Source of the DNA: Podarcis vaucheri
Lineage: Eukaryota
Direction: 5' to 3' (one strand)
Length of the DNA: 64,000 nt
NCBI GenBank assembly: GCA_965113315.1
Contig: OZ220363.1
Shown: positions 51,620-64,000 of the stretch, piece after piece
Numbering within the stretch: the stretch's first letter is position 1
How the letters are laid out: each line of letters begins with the position of its first letter
Notes under the pieces: model-generated
What the model saw: the letters and a program-made list of their open reading frames with translations, nothing else
What the model was told of the DNA's origin: nothing
The model's database searches: none
Made by a program: the position numbers and the translations under genes

Positions 51620-51846
51620 GCACAATGGAACAGTGTGATGGAAACCAGAGCACACAGAAATGCCATTTACCTTCCTGCCACAGTGGTACCTATTTATCTA
51701 CTTGCACTGGTGTGCTTTCGAACTGCTAGGTTGGCAGGAGCTGGGACAGAGCAACAGGAGCTCACTCCGATGTGGGGATTCAAACAGCCAGCCTTCTGAT
51801 CGGCAAACCCAAGAGGCTCAGTGGTTTAGACCACAGCGCCACCTGT
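51620..51846 (-). mobile_element. Sauria SINE 5' half
   Basis: Homologous to 5750-5977. Confidence 0.85.
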
Positions 51847-54553
51847 GTTACATGGCAGCAGCCTACACTGCAGCTCCTTCATACCCCACAGTGCCTTAAT
51901 CTCCAGTAAGGATTGTGCTGGCATGAGGAGCTGTTCCCATGTGTGTGATGTAAAGCGCCGACTGAAGAGTAGGTTCAAATCGCCATCCAGATTGCTGGCT
52001 GAGGTGGACCAGTCCTTGCATCCCCAGACACCTCACTCCATCCAGGCAAGTAAAAATAATTATCATAGACCAAAGACAACATTGCAGCCAGGCAAAAGCA
52101 CTTGAAGAGGATAGAGTGCAGGGCCATTAAGCAGCGTGGCCTGTTGAATAGAGGATGTGGTCTCAAGAGTCTCAAGGGGCAGACAGAGAGTCCTGAGGGC
52201 TCACATTCAGCCTGAAGTTCCTCGCCTCTCTTCTCCACCCAGGTGCAGCCACTGATTCCATTACAGTGTCAGTGACTGTTGAGCCCCTGGGAACTATGCT
52301 GGCAGAGGGTTTTCTTCTGTTCCTCTTTAGGGAGATGAGGAGAGTGCCAATACTGCCACAGGTGCCCTAGATTACTGTGCTGGAGCAAATCTTCATTCTT
52401 AAACAAGTGTAATTGCCTTTTTAAAAGCATTTAAAAGAAACAGCACCCAGCACTAGCACTGGTAGTAAGACAGGCATGAGAGGGCTATAATTTCTTCCCA
52501 GGCACTTCCATTTTAATTTACATCTCGGAGGTGCTGTAAAACGTACTTAACCTTGACATACCTCAGTGCATCCTCGAGGCAGTCTCGTATCTTGGGTTGC
52601 AAGACAGCATAGGAAATCGTATTAATAAGGCAGAAGCACTGATATGATGCTGCATTGTGATTTCTAAGTGCATCTACAGCACGAGGGCGCAAAGAGAATT
52701 AGCCACGCAAGTTAGATGCCAAGATACATGGTTATGGTTCCTTTGGAGCTATTATAGTGAGTCTTTCCATTAATGGCATGTAGTGCCGGCGGTATTAGTG
52801 AGGATGACACTCAGAGGTCCTAATTATCAAACACTGTGACAATAATGGAAGAATCCATGGGGCAATTACTATGGAGTTTGCAGGATCATTGACCAAAAGC
52901 CAAACGTATTTGCCTTGATCCAATTCTTTGTGGATTTGGAGGCTCCCTGTGCACTGGATCAAAATTGCTTCCTCATTAATTTTGTCTCTGTTTCCAAGAG
53001 AGAACAAGAAGGATTGGGAAAACAGCAAGACTAGGAAGACTACGGCACTAAGCAAGGATGGATGGAGTGCAGGATAAACTGGGCCAGCCCTACCATTAGG
53101 CAAGGTGAAATAGCTGCCTCAGGCAGCAGATGCTGGTTTCGGAGAGCAAGAAGTGATGGTGAAGTGCTCGAGGACAGAGCTATGTGTGCCACAGGGCTCC
53201 TTGTACCTCTTAAGTTTACCTTTGCCACACACAACCCTTTTGTTGCTGTTGCTGCTGCTGCCGCTGCCGCCACTTCAACCAACCAGGGCAGTTCACAACT
53301 CTGTTAATAAAACAGAAGAATGTGGTGAAAGACTTGGTTCTATGTCAGTTTGAAGTAAGACTCACCTGCCAGCCCAGTCAGCTTCTGTACATGGAATGAG
53401 GACACTATCTTGTCCTTTACCAAAGTCTTTAGGGCCATTTCTGAGGATAAAAAGTGCATAGAGCAATTTATTTCTCTTGTCCAATGGTGGTTGCTCTGCC
53501 CCTTTCCTCACATCAATGCCAGGATTGAATCCAACACAGGGCTGGTCCAAAGGAACTGTGCTGCTTGGGGCAACGGGCAAGAAGTTGCCTCCATTCTAGC
53601 TCTATGACTACAGTTGAAGTTGAACTTAGTATCAGCAACAGGGTTGTTTTCTGTATTTCATCTGAGGAAGCAGGACAGTTATGGGGACAGTGATGGCCTC
53701 ATGGCACACAGAGCTGTATGCTCCCACAGAAGGGTACAGCCAGAGGGCTCAGGAGAAAAAGCAGGGGCATGGCCACCATGGCCTCCCAGCATCTGCCATC
53801 TGAAGCACTTAACCCCCTCTATCTAATGGAGGGTCATTCCTGATCTACTGCCTGAAACTCATAATGCCTAGATTCTACCACCAAGCTCCAGCTTCTGTCC
53901 CTGATGGTTCTTCAGATTGGCAACATGACCAATATTCCACCTGCACTGGTCTGAAGAGGGTGTGGCCTTTTGAAGCCCAAGCTTCTTGAGAACCAAAGGA
54001 AAAGTGGAAGAGTGAGCTCTCTGCATCTAAAGGGGAAGTTACGCTCTTAAGCCAAATACCTGGGTTCTGCTACCACTGCCTGTGGAATGAATTGCCTTCT
54101 GTTGCCTCTATACTGTTCAAATTTCACACTCTGAAAAATAATGGATCAATGTGAATGAAGGGGGGGGGGAATAAATGCTGTGAAAGAACAAAATATTGAC
54201 AAGGCTTGAGACAAGCCTTTGGATTCATCCTCCCCGCCTTAGGCACAATTCTTTGTTCATGAATATCAAAAGCAATCTGACCACTGATTTCACAGAGAGC
54301 AAAGTCAGGCCTTCTCTTTATCTCTTGCTTTTCCTTTGCTTCCATTGGGTCAACAGTGGGCTGGGGAAAGAGGGGAGAATCAAACTTGGGTGACTCAAAC
54401 ACAACCTCTGAATTACCAGGACAATCGGTCTACTGTTGGACTGTAGGTGCCATTAGGTTAAAAAGTTTGGCCTTAGCCCCCTTCTCATGATTGCATGAAA
54501 GGAGTAGCCATGTCTCATATTCTTCTCAGAATCAATCAAGGATAAAGTATAAT

Positions 54554-54727
54554 CAGTGATTTTTTTCCTGGGGGGATGCAGGGGTACACATACCCCTAAA
54601 CATTTTGTGAGTCTTTGTACTTTTGTCCATTTACTGTATTTATTTTCCCCGATTTGACTATAAAATGGTGATTTTCTTGAGTCAAAATGAGAGTACCCCT
54701 AAACATTTTTTAGGGGGGGGGACACTG
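54554..54727. mobile_element. hAT MITE
   Basis: CAGTG...CACTG termini; perfect 8-bp TSD AGTATAAT; internal direct repeat TACCCCTAAACATTTT. Confidence 0.88.
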
Positions 54728-56092
54728 AGTATAATACATTCAGAGCACTATCCAAGGTTTTAAGCCTCAGTAATTTCTGTGGGAGATAGATAAGCATATT
54801 CGTAACTGTTCCTTTGAAATCAATAGGGCTTTTAAAATATATCTTCTTTACATAGCACGTACACTGGGCTTTGAAGACATTGTACATGACTACATATACA
54901 TGGTTCCTTATTAGTACCAATGGGCTCTTAATTTGCATGGAGTCTAGAGTGGTAGAACGACCAAAGGATAAATAAACATCCCATGGTAGAGCCATTTTGT
55001 CCAGAGTGATAGCACTAATCCTTGAACCTTTCCAAGATTCAAGCTTCCATGCCAAGTTTTAGTGGCTCAAATTAAAGCTTCTAATGGAAACTTTATAACA
55101 AAGACTCACATATTCTTGCATTAGTGTTCAAGACTTCAAGCAAGTAACTCTAGAGTTTGAGTTGTTCAGTCTGATCAAAGATGGGAATTTCCAGTATTGA
55201 GACCCATAGGCATTTCTGAAGGCATGCATACTTTGAAGTGTTTCCTCAAGAATGTTTTGACCTCTCTTTTTGTTTTTGGCAAAAGATTGTGCACAGCAAT
55301 CAGACACGACCCTCTCATATTCAAGATCAAAGCCTATTGACTGAAACTTTTGGTTGCCATGGCTACCTAAGTCAGAACCTGAATTTGCTAGAGTTCTCTC
55401 GTTACCATGACACTCAAAGTCGTCAAGTTGTATTATGGACTAGGTAGTCCACAAATTGGCCAGAGTTCCCCCTGAACCAAAAAAGAAAGAAAATATTTTA
55501 TTTTGTTTTCACATTAAAACTCATTATTTTCTAGGCAAATCATTTGTTATGTTTTTCAACAACTGATTATGAATTAGAATTTCAGCTGAGAGTCCCACTA
55601 GTAATTCTACATGTGAGATTATACATTTGTAAACGTTGTTTTATTTAAGAGCTCACCACTGAAATCAGAAAAAGTGGGTTCTCCCTTGTTTTGGTGCCTA
55701 GCTTTAATTAAAGGAGATCAAGCAGGCATAGCTATTCCCAAATGAGAGTCACATATACGTACAGTATAGTCCATTAGGTTCTTCACACTGAGCAATGGAG
55801 ATAAAGAATGGATAATGCGAATAAAGTTTTGGGAATTAAATATTTGGACTTATCGTGCAAGTGCAGCCTGACAGAATTATATAGGCAGGCAGTTTTACAA
55901 AAAAGCACACTTGTCAATTTTAGCATGGAAATCATCAGCAGGAAGGGATCACATTATACTTAATATCGTACTCACAGGTGTGTCAATAAACCAATTAGAA
56001 GGGTAAAAATGACCCATATAATAAGCTTTAAAAGATTGAATTCCCCCCCAATGGTCATCAGCCTTTTTGTGTTCAGGCTCTTGTACTTTGAA

Positions 56093-56406
56093 TTGTTGTT
56101 GTTTAGTTGTTTAGTTGTTTAGTCGTGTCGGACTCTTCGTGCCCCCATGGACCAGAGCACGCCAGGCATTCCTGTCTTCCACTGCCTCCCGCAGTTTGGT
56201 CAAACTCATGCTGGTAGCTTCGAGAAAACTGTCCAACCATCTCATCCTCTGTCGTCCCCTTCTCCTTGTGCCCTCCATCTTTCCCAACATCAGGGAGTCT
56301 TCTCTTCTCATGAGGTGGCCAAAGTATTGGAGCCTCAGCTTCAGGATCTGTCCTTCCAGTGAGCACTCAGGGCTGATTTCCTTAAGAATGGATAGGTTTG
56401 ATCTTC
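56093..56406 (-). mobile_element. RTE/BovB-like LINE 3' fragment
   Basis: MRREDSLMLGKMEGTRRRGRQRMRWLD; (CAA)n-type tail. Confidence 0.92.
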
Positions 56407-56935
56407 ATAAATGAAAAGCAGTAATTCAGGTATGTGGAGCATGGGAGACAGGCGGGAGTATTGGAGCATTGTAATGTCATAAAGCAGGAGTTTGTGCCTA
56501 TGGCATGAATACTTAGTACACAAGCCCATTTCACTGTTCGTAAGAGTTAGTCTGTGAAACTGGAAGTATTTGTTTTGTTTGTGAAATGTGTCTCTGGCCT
56601 TAAGGGAAGGGTAGAGTGGCAGCAGTGCCTTGACAGTGAAGGTGGCGCTGCATCTGCCGAGATGGGAGGAGGCAAAGCAGAAATCATGTCAAGGGAGCTC
56701 TGGGTGGTGGCAAGCCATAGGTGCTCATGCACCTGCGAGTCACCACCAGCAGCAGCACAGATCTCCCCCAGCTTCATCCCTTGTCTGCCCCATCCCAGTC
56801 ATGCCACCGCTACTACAGAGTGGCCTCTGCCACCCCACCTCCAAGTGCTACCTACCACTGCCCACCTTTCAGTCAAATGTGCTATAGGTATCTAGTAGCG
56901 GCAATGTAATACATTCAATATATTAAAAAATGCCA

Positions 56936-57175
56936 TAAAGGTAAAGGGACCCCTGACCGTTAGGTCCAGTCATGGACGACTCTAGGGTTGTGGCGCTCAT
57001 CTCGCTTTACTGGCCAAGGGAGCCAGCATACAGCTTCCAGGTCACGTGGCCAGCATGACTAAGCCGCTTCTGGTGAACCAGAGCAGCACACGGACACACC
57101 GTTTACCTTCCCGTCGGAGTGGTACCTATTTATCTACTTGCACTTGATGTGCTTTCGAACTGCTAGGTGGGCAGG
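56936..57175 (-). mobile_element. 5'-truncated Sauria SINE
   Basis: (AAAGGT)n tail and body homology. Confidence 0.9.
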
Positions 57176-57516
57176 GGAAATGTCATAAAATTGGGGGAGG
57201 GGATTAATTCAAAGTTGAAAAGAAAAAAAACCCCAAACTATTTACAGGTCAGCTTATGGGCCAAAGGCCAGCAGAAGATTGCTAACCAGACCTCCATTGG
57301 CAAGGATTTCCAGAGCTTGGGAGTGGACACCCACAAGGCCCTGTCTTGCATTTCCACCCAAAATGCTTTAGATTTTGGGAGAGACAGAGGATCCTATCCC
57401 ATCTCTGCCTTCTGAAGAAGCAATACACATAACCATTATATGTGTGTACATCTCCTGCTGTCTATAAAAGGTACTCTTATGAGCTAAGCTAGTATAAAGT
57501 AACCTAATGGTTGGAC

Positions 57517-57630
57517 GGTTTTATCCAACTAGGTCCTACTCAAAGTGGACTAATTAGTGAACCTAAGTTAGTCATATTTCGTAACTTCATTGGGTCCACA
57601 CCAAGTAGGACTAGCATTAGAAAAGCACCC
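57517..57630. repeat. Uninterrupted copy of a ~120-bp palindromic repeat (interrupted copies near 13726-14212, 22472-23912, 43565-44056)
   Basis: CTAGGTCCTACTCAAAGTGGAC...CTAAGTTAGTCA...GTCCACACCAAGTAGGACTAG. Confidence 0.7.
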
Positions 57631-59996
57631 AGAGTGTTGGAGTAGGACTGGAGAAATCCTGGTTCCAATCCTCACTCATGCACAATCCTCACTCATTGAG
57701 TAACCTTGGACTGCTCACTACAATCTGTCAGCCTCACTAGATTGTTATGTAGATAAAATGGGGGACAGGGAGATGAAACAGTCGTGGTGCTCTGACCTCC
57801 TGAAGGGTGGGGAGGGGGAGAGAAAGAAATCTAACAGAATGATCTATGGAGAGTGGAATCTTTATAATGTAGATGTGTGTGTTCCTTTCTAGGAGTGTGT
57901 TGATGATAATACTGATTTTTCTTCCATTCCTGGAGGCTGACTTTTCTTTCCAAGCAATGCTCCAAGTTTGGGAGTGATGCTGCTTTGGAACCAATAAAAA
58001 GAGTCAAGCTCTGGCTTAGGTATGCTCCAGACAGACTTTTATGAGAGTTGTGGGATAGGAAGGCTTTTTTTTCTTTTCGCTTTTGTTCTGAAACCCCAGA
58101 TGTTGTTCTTCAACGATAGTTAGATATTCGTCATTGCAGTAGGCAATTCAGCTTGTAATAATACGATAAGGGGTTAAAGCCATCAAAAGAAATTGCTGCC
58201 CCTGGAAAGGAATGTATATTTGAAACTTGAAGAAGAGCTCCTATCAAGATGAAGTTGTGGAGGACTACATGAATCATGTTGAACAGGATAACTGAATCAG
58301 CAGTGCTACAGAACTAAGGGGCAATAAAATGTATTATCTTAAATGGGTGTAGATAACTTCTCCTTCACTATATATGCTACAGCTGCTGGCTAGCCTTTCC
58401 TGTGTTAGTCCATTTGACATTGTATTAGTGGAAGGTAATGACAGGAGATTTATTTATGAATTGTTTTCATATTCCTCCCTTCCTCCAGCTGGAGCACAGA
58501 GTGGTTCACAACATAAATGGAAGAAGCAAAGCGACACAATCATAAAAACCACAATTAAAACCACAGAGTCACAATTAGATGTTAACTCTCTCCTGATAGG
58601 TAGGAACCTCTCTCTCTCTCTCTCCATCTTTTGGAATGCAAAGCCCACCAGAGCTTAGAGAAGGTTGCATGTCCTCAGATGATGGGAGTAAGCAAAAGAT
58701 AGCAAACTGAGTTGACAGAGACAGATGGGATGTGCAGATGTTACTTTTCTGTCGTCTAAAAGTGCACAGCAGAGAGTGAGAATGTGCCCACTGATGTGCA
58801 TTCAGAATAACATCCACAGCCGCCTCACCTGGTGCCCTCCAAGTGTTTTGGACTCCTTCCCATCCACCCCAGTTAGAATGGCTAATGGTAAGGAATTATA
58901 GAAGTTGTAGTCTCAGAACTCCAGGAGAGCACAAGGTTGGAGAAGGCTGAGGTACACAGAGCCCAGCTCCTGACTATGTTTGCAGAGCATGCATGCTTAC
59001 AGATGCTATGCTGAATGTTTTAGGTGCAAGACTAGTGGGCATGATCCTGCTCCTCCTACACAATGCCTTAGGATGCGATATGGCTCATCAGACTAGGGAT
59101 GTCTCAAAAAGTAAAAACCAGGACACCCCGAAAGGAAGCCAAAATTGTTGACCATTGGCTTTCAAGAACACCAAAAAACCCACGATTTTTCAGTTGAGTT
59201 GCCTAAGATCCAGGACAAAGTGTCACCTTTCAGAAATTGCCCCCAGATGTCAACACTGCCTTTTGATGGCATGGCTAATTGCTCCCAATGTGCTTTATTC
59301 ACATGGTTGTAAATAAAGCAATAACACCATAAGTTTCTGGTGATCTTTCTTTCAAATGAAACAAAATTCTGCAGCATTGCCCTTGGTTTGGATGCCACAA
59401 CAAATGATCATTTATGTGATAAACATGGGCTTACACAAATTTGTGATACACAAATGGGGAACTTGTTGCCCTCCAAATGTTTTTGACTACAGCTCCCATC
59501 ATCTCTAACCATTAGCCATCCTTCCTGGAGCTGATGGGAGCTGTTTGGCATTGAAATGGGGGGGGGGACTTAGCAAGATGTTTGAATGACTCAGAATACA
59601 GTGACTCACAGAGCTGGACACTTGTCAGGGATATCATGCACAAAACTAGGACAGATTCTCACAAAACACAATCAGTGATCAGTTCACAAAGTAGAAACTA
59701 GAAGGCACAGATTGCAGCCAAAACAGTGTGAGAAAGTTTCAAACAAACAAAAATCATGCCACTGGTTTGACTGAATGTGCCAAATGTCAGGGAACAATTG
59801 TCTGCATATATACCTTAGTTCTTTCATATTCATGAATGCGCCCAGTTTTTAATTGCAACTGATAGTTAACCCAGGAATTACCAACTTGGTGAAAGTGCTG
59901 GACTTTAACCTGGGAGACCAGGGTTAGAATTCCCACTCATCCATAAAGATCACTGGGTGACCTTGGGCCAGTCAGTCACTGCCTCTGAGCCTAACC

Positions 59997-60398
59997 TGTT
60001 AGTTTCTGTTTGCCACTGTGCAGCTGCTTAGAGTCACAGGACTCTGTTTACATTCCAGACACATTCCATACTGTTGGAAGTCTCACAGGAGATAGGAGAT
60101 GGATGTGACGTTACTGGTTTTCCTGTTCCTTTGTTCCTTTGTTTCAGTTGCTCTCTGCTTTCATAGAGAGAGGATGTATTTTTCTTTGCTGTCTGTGTAG
60201 AACATAATAAAACTCTTTAGCCATGTAGCTCATACTATCTCACCCTTCCGCATACTGCTGGAATCTCTGCTGAACGAGGGAACGTGCCTTGGAGCCTTAT
60301 CAGAGGCTCAGGTCATTAATTATCATCGGAGGCGATTCTGAAGGACTCGGCAGGAGGAAAATGAGCTTTATCAGCTTGGCCGAGTGCAGATTCCGACG
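59997..60398 (+). mobile_element. Solo LTR (~400 bp) inserted in a CORE-type SINE
   Basis: 5-bp TSD TAACC (59992-59996 / 60399-60403); TGTT... start and ...GACG end (probably decayed from ...ACA); AATAAA near 60206; the SINE resumes after the TSD. Confidence 0.8.
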
Positions 60399-60498
60399 TA
60401 ACCTACTTCACAGGATTGTTGTGAGGATGAAATGGGGAGGTGGAGAACCATGTAGACCACCTTGAGAAGAAAAAGGTTGTATATAAATGTAATAAATA

Positions 60499-60740
60499 CA
60501 ATGGTACCTCGGGTTAAGAACTTAATTTGTTCTGGAGGTCCGTTCTTAACCAGAAACTGTTCTTAACCTGAGGTACCACTTTAGCTAATGGGGTCTCCCA
60601 CTGCCACCGCACTGCTGGCATGCGATTTCTGTTCTCATCCTGAAGCAAAGTTATTAACTCAAGGTACTATTTCTGGGTTAGTGGAGTCTGTAACCTGAAG
60701 CGTCTGTAACCTGAAGCGCCTGTAACCCGAGGTACCACTG
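60499..60740 (+). mobile_element. Tigger-type MITE
   Basis: TIRs and TA TSD as in 10061-10299. Confidence 0.92.
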
Positions 60741-62800
60741 TAAAGTAAATGAACATTTCAGCACTGGGGCTGCTTTTCAAAAAAACAGTGCAGCATCTTG
60801 TGAGTAAACATCACCCGATGAAAATCCCTCTTCAGTGCAACCGGGAAAGGCACAGAGGCCAAAATGTGACAAAGTGGCTCCAGCCACTCTGATCTTTCTG
60901 ATGCTTCCAGCATTGATGTTGTGCCTCTCATTGTATAAGTCCTGGAACTGCAGCACAGCTGCCTATGGAGAAGGTCTTCCATCTGGAAGACCAGTTCTGA
61001 TTAATGAGCAGCTGTGACCTGGTTGGCAGATTATGCTGCGGGCAAATGCATTTTTTATTCTCATCCTATTATCTCATTTGTGAGTATAACATTGGCCCAG
61101 GTGTCCTGCTGATATGGTCTCCACTGACCCTTCTTTGAGAGGAGAGGTGAATCCAAAACATGAGGCTTCGATATCCACAGAGTCCATAAAGCATGGAACG
61201 TCAGGCTCATTGGACAATGCTTTTTCTCCATTCTCACTGTTGTGCTGCTAAATGCGTGTCCTTGGAATCCAGCTTCATTCCACTGCTCTGTTGTAGCCAG
61301 TTTTATATCATCCTCTTGGTCGGCCTTGGTTTCAGACATGTTCAGCACCTGACTAATTAACATCAGAGTTTCGAGCTCAGTGTTCCAAGATGATACAATG
61401 TAAGCATCAGACTCAGGATGAACAATCCGATTAAACCAGCACAGTGTGAAGGATAAAGGTTAGCCAAACCATGCAAATAGCTTACTAGCTAATGCTCGCA
61501 AGAGCAGGCTGCATTTGAATTTCTGGTGAACGGCTCACTGCTGTTCACCAGACTATTTTTACTATTGATTTAGCAATTTGATCTGGCTTAACAGTCCAGT
61601 TTTGCTAATGTTTACCCTTCATGCTCCCCTTGCCTCATCTGGAGGAGGTCAAGAGCATTAATGAGGATTCTTGCTCTGTCAGACTCTAAACTTTTTACTG
61701 GGGGGAGGGTGTATTTCTGGCTGCATTGGAAAGCTTCTATTAACAGTGGTTGTTGACTTCCTGGCCCAGTGCCAAAGCAGGCACACAGACTTTTATTCTG
61801 CTAAAACAATAATGTTATGCTTTTGAAATTAATTTGTGGCGCTTTTTAAAAACCTGCCCATCAAAATGTACAATTGCTAACATGTGTTAATAAAAATTCA
61901 GTGCCCCCACCCATCTCTCACCTTCCTTCCTTTTCTTTTTTTTAAAATAATCTTTATACATTTATTAGATGCTTTTCTTCTTGGTACATTTGGTGTCTTT
62001 GGTTAGGGCAGAGCAGCATAGTACGGTGGTCTCCAAAGATAATTGAAATCATAAAAGTTTGATTGTCTTTCTAAAGGTCTTTTGAGAAATGTTATATACC
62101 CAAAAGGGGGGGACACCTCTGGTCTGGAGTCCAAAAGTAGCTCTTCAGCCTTCCATTCTAAGTCATTGTTGCAGCACCCCCTGCAACACCCTCTCGGCTT
62201 GGCGCTGGGTGTGGGAAAACTAGCCATGCTTTCCTAAATCTGCCTCTGTTGAAGTTCCCCACCCCTACTGCAGGGAGATAAAGTGCAGTTGTTGTTTTCT
62301 TACAACATGGAGGTTAGGCTTTCAGCACTTATCATGCTATGGAAAGTTGCTCATCTGTCTCTCTCTGTTTGATTGAAATATCTCAATCAGGAAAGACAGA
62401 CATTTAGTAGACTACTCATAATACTGTGCATTACTGCCGCTCATGATAAAGGCCAGATAACAAGAATAGGAATGCCTGATTTCAGTTTGAATTATTTGTT
62501 TCATTCTTTAAAAGGAATGAATCCTTTTTCATTTCAAGATCCAGACTTATTTTTTTCATGCAATAAAAAAAAGTAAAGGGGGAGAAATGAACCATACTCC
62601 TGGGTGCTTAATGGAGATTGACTTTTCCTTAGCTATTACCTTTCCAGTAGCTCTGGGTTCCTGAGCCAGAGAGAAGGGAAATTGTATTCCTGCAGCATTT
62701 TTCTTTTCAAGAGAAATAGCCTGTTTACTTAGAGGCAAGTTCCACTGAGCTGGACTGAACTTATGTGAGTGTGATTAGACAAATTGTACATACAATGCCT

Positions 62801-63163
62801 GGGACGCAGGTGGCGCTGTGGGTAAAAGCCTCAGCGCCTAGGGCTTGCCGATCGAAAGGTCGGCGGTTCGAATCCCTGCGGCGGGGTGCGCTCCCGTCGT
62901 TCGGTCCCAGCGCCTGCCAACCTAGCAGTTCGAAAGCACCTCCGGGTGCAAGTAGATAAATAGGGACCGCTTACCAGCGGGAAGGTAAACGGCGTTTACA
63001 TGTGCGGCTCTGGCTCGCCAGAGCAGCGATGTCACGCTGGCCACGTGACCCGGAAGTGTCTTCGGACAGCGCTGGCCCACGGCCTCTTGAGTGAGATGGG
63101 TGCACAACCCTAGAGTCTGGCAAGACTGGCCCGTACGGGCAGGGGTACCTTTACCTTTACCTT
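62801..63163 (+). mobile_element. Young Sauria SINE subfamily copy
   Basis: 14-bp TSD TACATACAATGCCT; (ACCTTT)n tail. Confidence 0.95.
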
Positions 63164-63660
63164 TACATACAATGCCTAACAATTCTCCATAACTTCAGGA
63201 AAGTAAGATTGCTCTTTAATATTGCTTTTGTTAGCATTCGTAGAAATTGTGCAGTATTCAGTATCTTTGGGACACGGTTTAAGAGAGATTTGTGTTAAAT
63301 TCAATGCTATATAATAGTGGTGTTCTCCTCTCTGGGACCATGAAAATAGACCTAGAAAAGAAGGCTTGACCAGATGTTTTATCCCAAGACCTTTAAAGAC
63401 CATCTGGATAAAAATGAGGTCCTCTGTCATCAGGGGCTCTGGTTCTTTGAGGGGAAAAGAATAGCTATTTCTTAAGGACAAAACTAGTTCCCATCTGTAA
63501 CCATCCAGTGTACTCCCAACCAAGAAGCATCTTTCCACTGGCTTGAGTTCTCAGGCTTTTGATGGTCTGCTCCAGGCCTGCCTCTGTGTCAGCAGTGCTA
63601 GGAAGTTAGAGCTTCCTTGGTTCCCTGTAGGATCAAGGAGTCTAGAGCCATTAAGGCACA

Positions 63661-64000
63661 TTGCGTGGCGATTCCCGCCCCCTCCCACAGATGGAGTAAA
63701 TAAAGACACCGGACACCAGAATTTAGGTTAATGGGCGAAAATGGCCACAACTTTATTGATTACAGGTAAGAGCAGTATTGGCTTTAGGCATTGGCCCTAA
63801 CAGACTATCCGGTCTAACCGGGAAGGGTTAAGCACCAGCAGGGGGAGCCCCCGTGATGCACATCCCTAGGAGCTCCCCAAGGGGTTACCGCTTGGGAGAA
63901 CGCTTTAGGCCCTAGCCTCCGTAGGTTTCGGACGCCCCCCCCCCCCGGAGTCCTTTAACGAACTACCCTTCAAGATTTGGGGGAGGTGATGGCGTTCCTC
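63661..64000 (-). mobile_element. Second DIRS/Ngaro-like terminal segment (runs off the window)
   Basis: Shares the TTGCGTG end, TGGCCACAACTTTATTGATTACAG, GGGGGAGCCCC, GGCCCTAGCC and GGTGATGGC blocks with 10506-11286. Confidence 0.55.

Noticed and set aside
53040-53353. Poly-alanine ORFs
   Set aside because: A short (GCT/GCC)n repeat with no splice or homology support.
62803-62820. CTCF-like site GCAGGTGGCGCTG in the Sauria SINE head
   Set aside because: The 5' half of the CTCF consensus is mismatched, and the motif is explained by the tRNA-derived A-box region.

Overview
Eukaryotic, repeat-rich vertebrate DNA. The repeat set (Sauria SINEs, BovB-like RTE tails, CR1, L1, L2, Rex1, a tRNA-Lys-derived SINE) points to a squamate, probably a lacertid lizard. 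I recognise no host protein-coding exon. The window looks intronic or intergenic, with several repeat-free AT/TAAT-rich blocks that may be conserved enhancers. All long ORFs are retrotransposon-derived: L1 ORF2 at 1-3273, interrupted by a 757-bp solo LTR; an L1 3' fragment at 6.4-7.1 kb; Rex1/Babar at 22.5-23.9 kb; and CR1 ORF2 at 37.2-40.0 kb. The most notable observations are: (1) the solo LTR in L1 carries a 630-nt stop-free frame ending in a Rev-like Arg-rich motif, fused in frame to L1 ORF2; (2) a perfect 296-bp inverted repeat of a Penelope-like element carries a minimal hammerhead ribozyme in each arm; (3) a ~120-bp palindromic repeat is hit by retroelements in 3 of 4 copies, two of them at the symmetry-equivalent site; (4) two divergent DIRS/Ngaro-like terminal segments share an ACA|TTGCGTG junction and a stem-loop. 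Family names rest on motif recall, not database searches.
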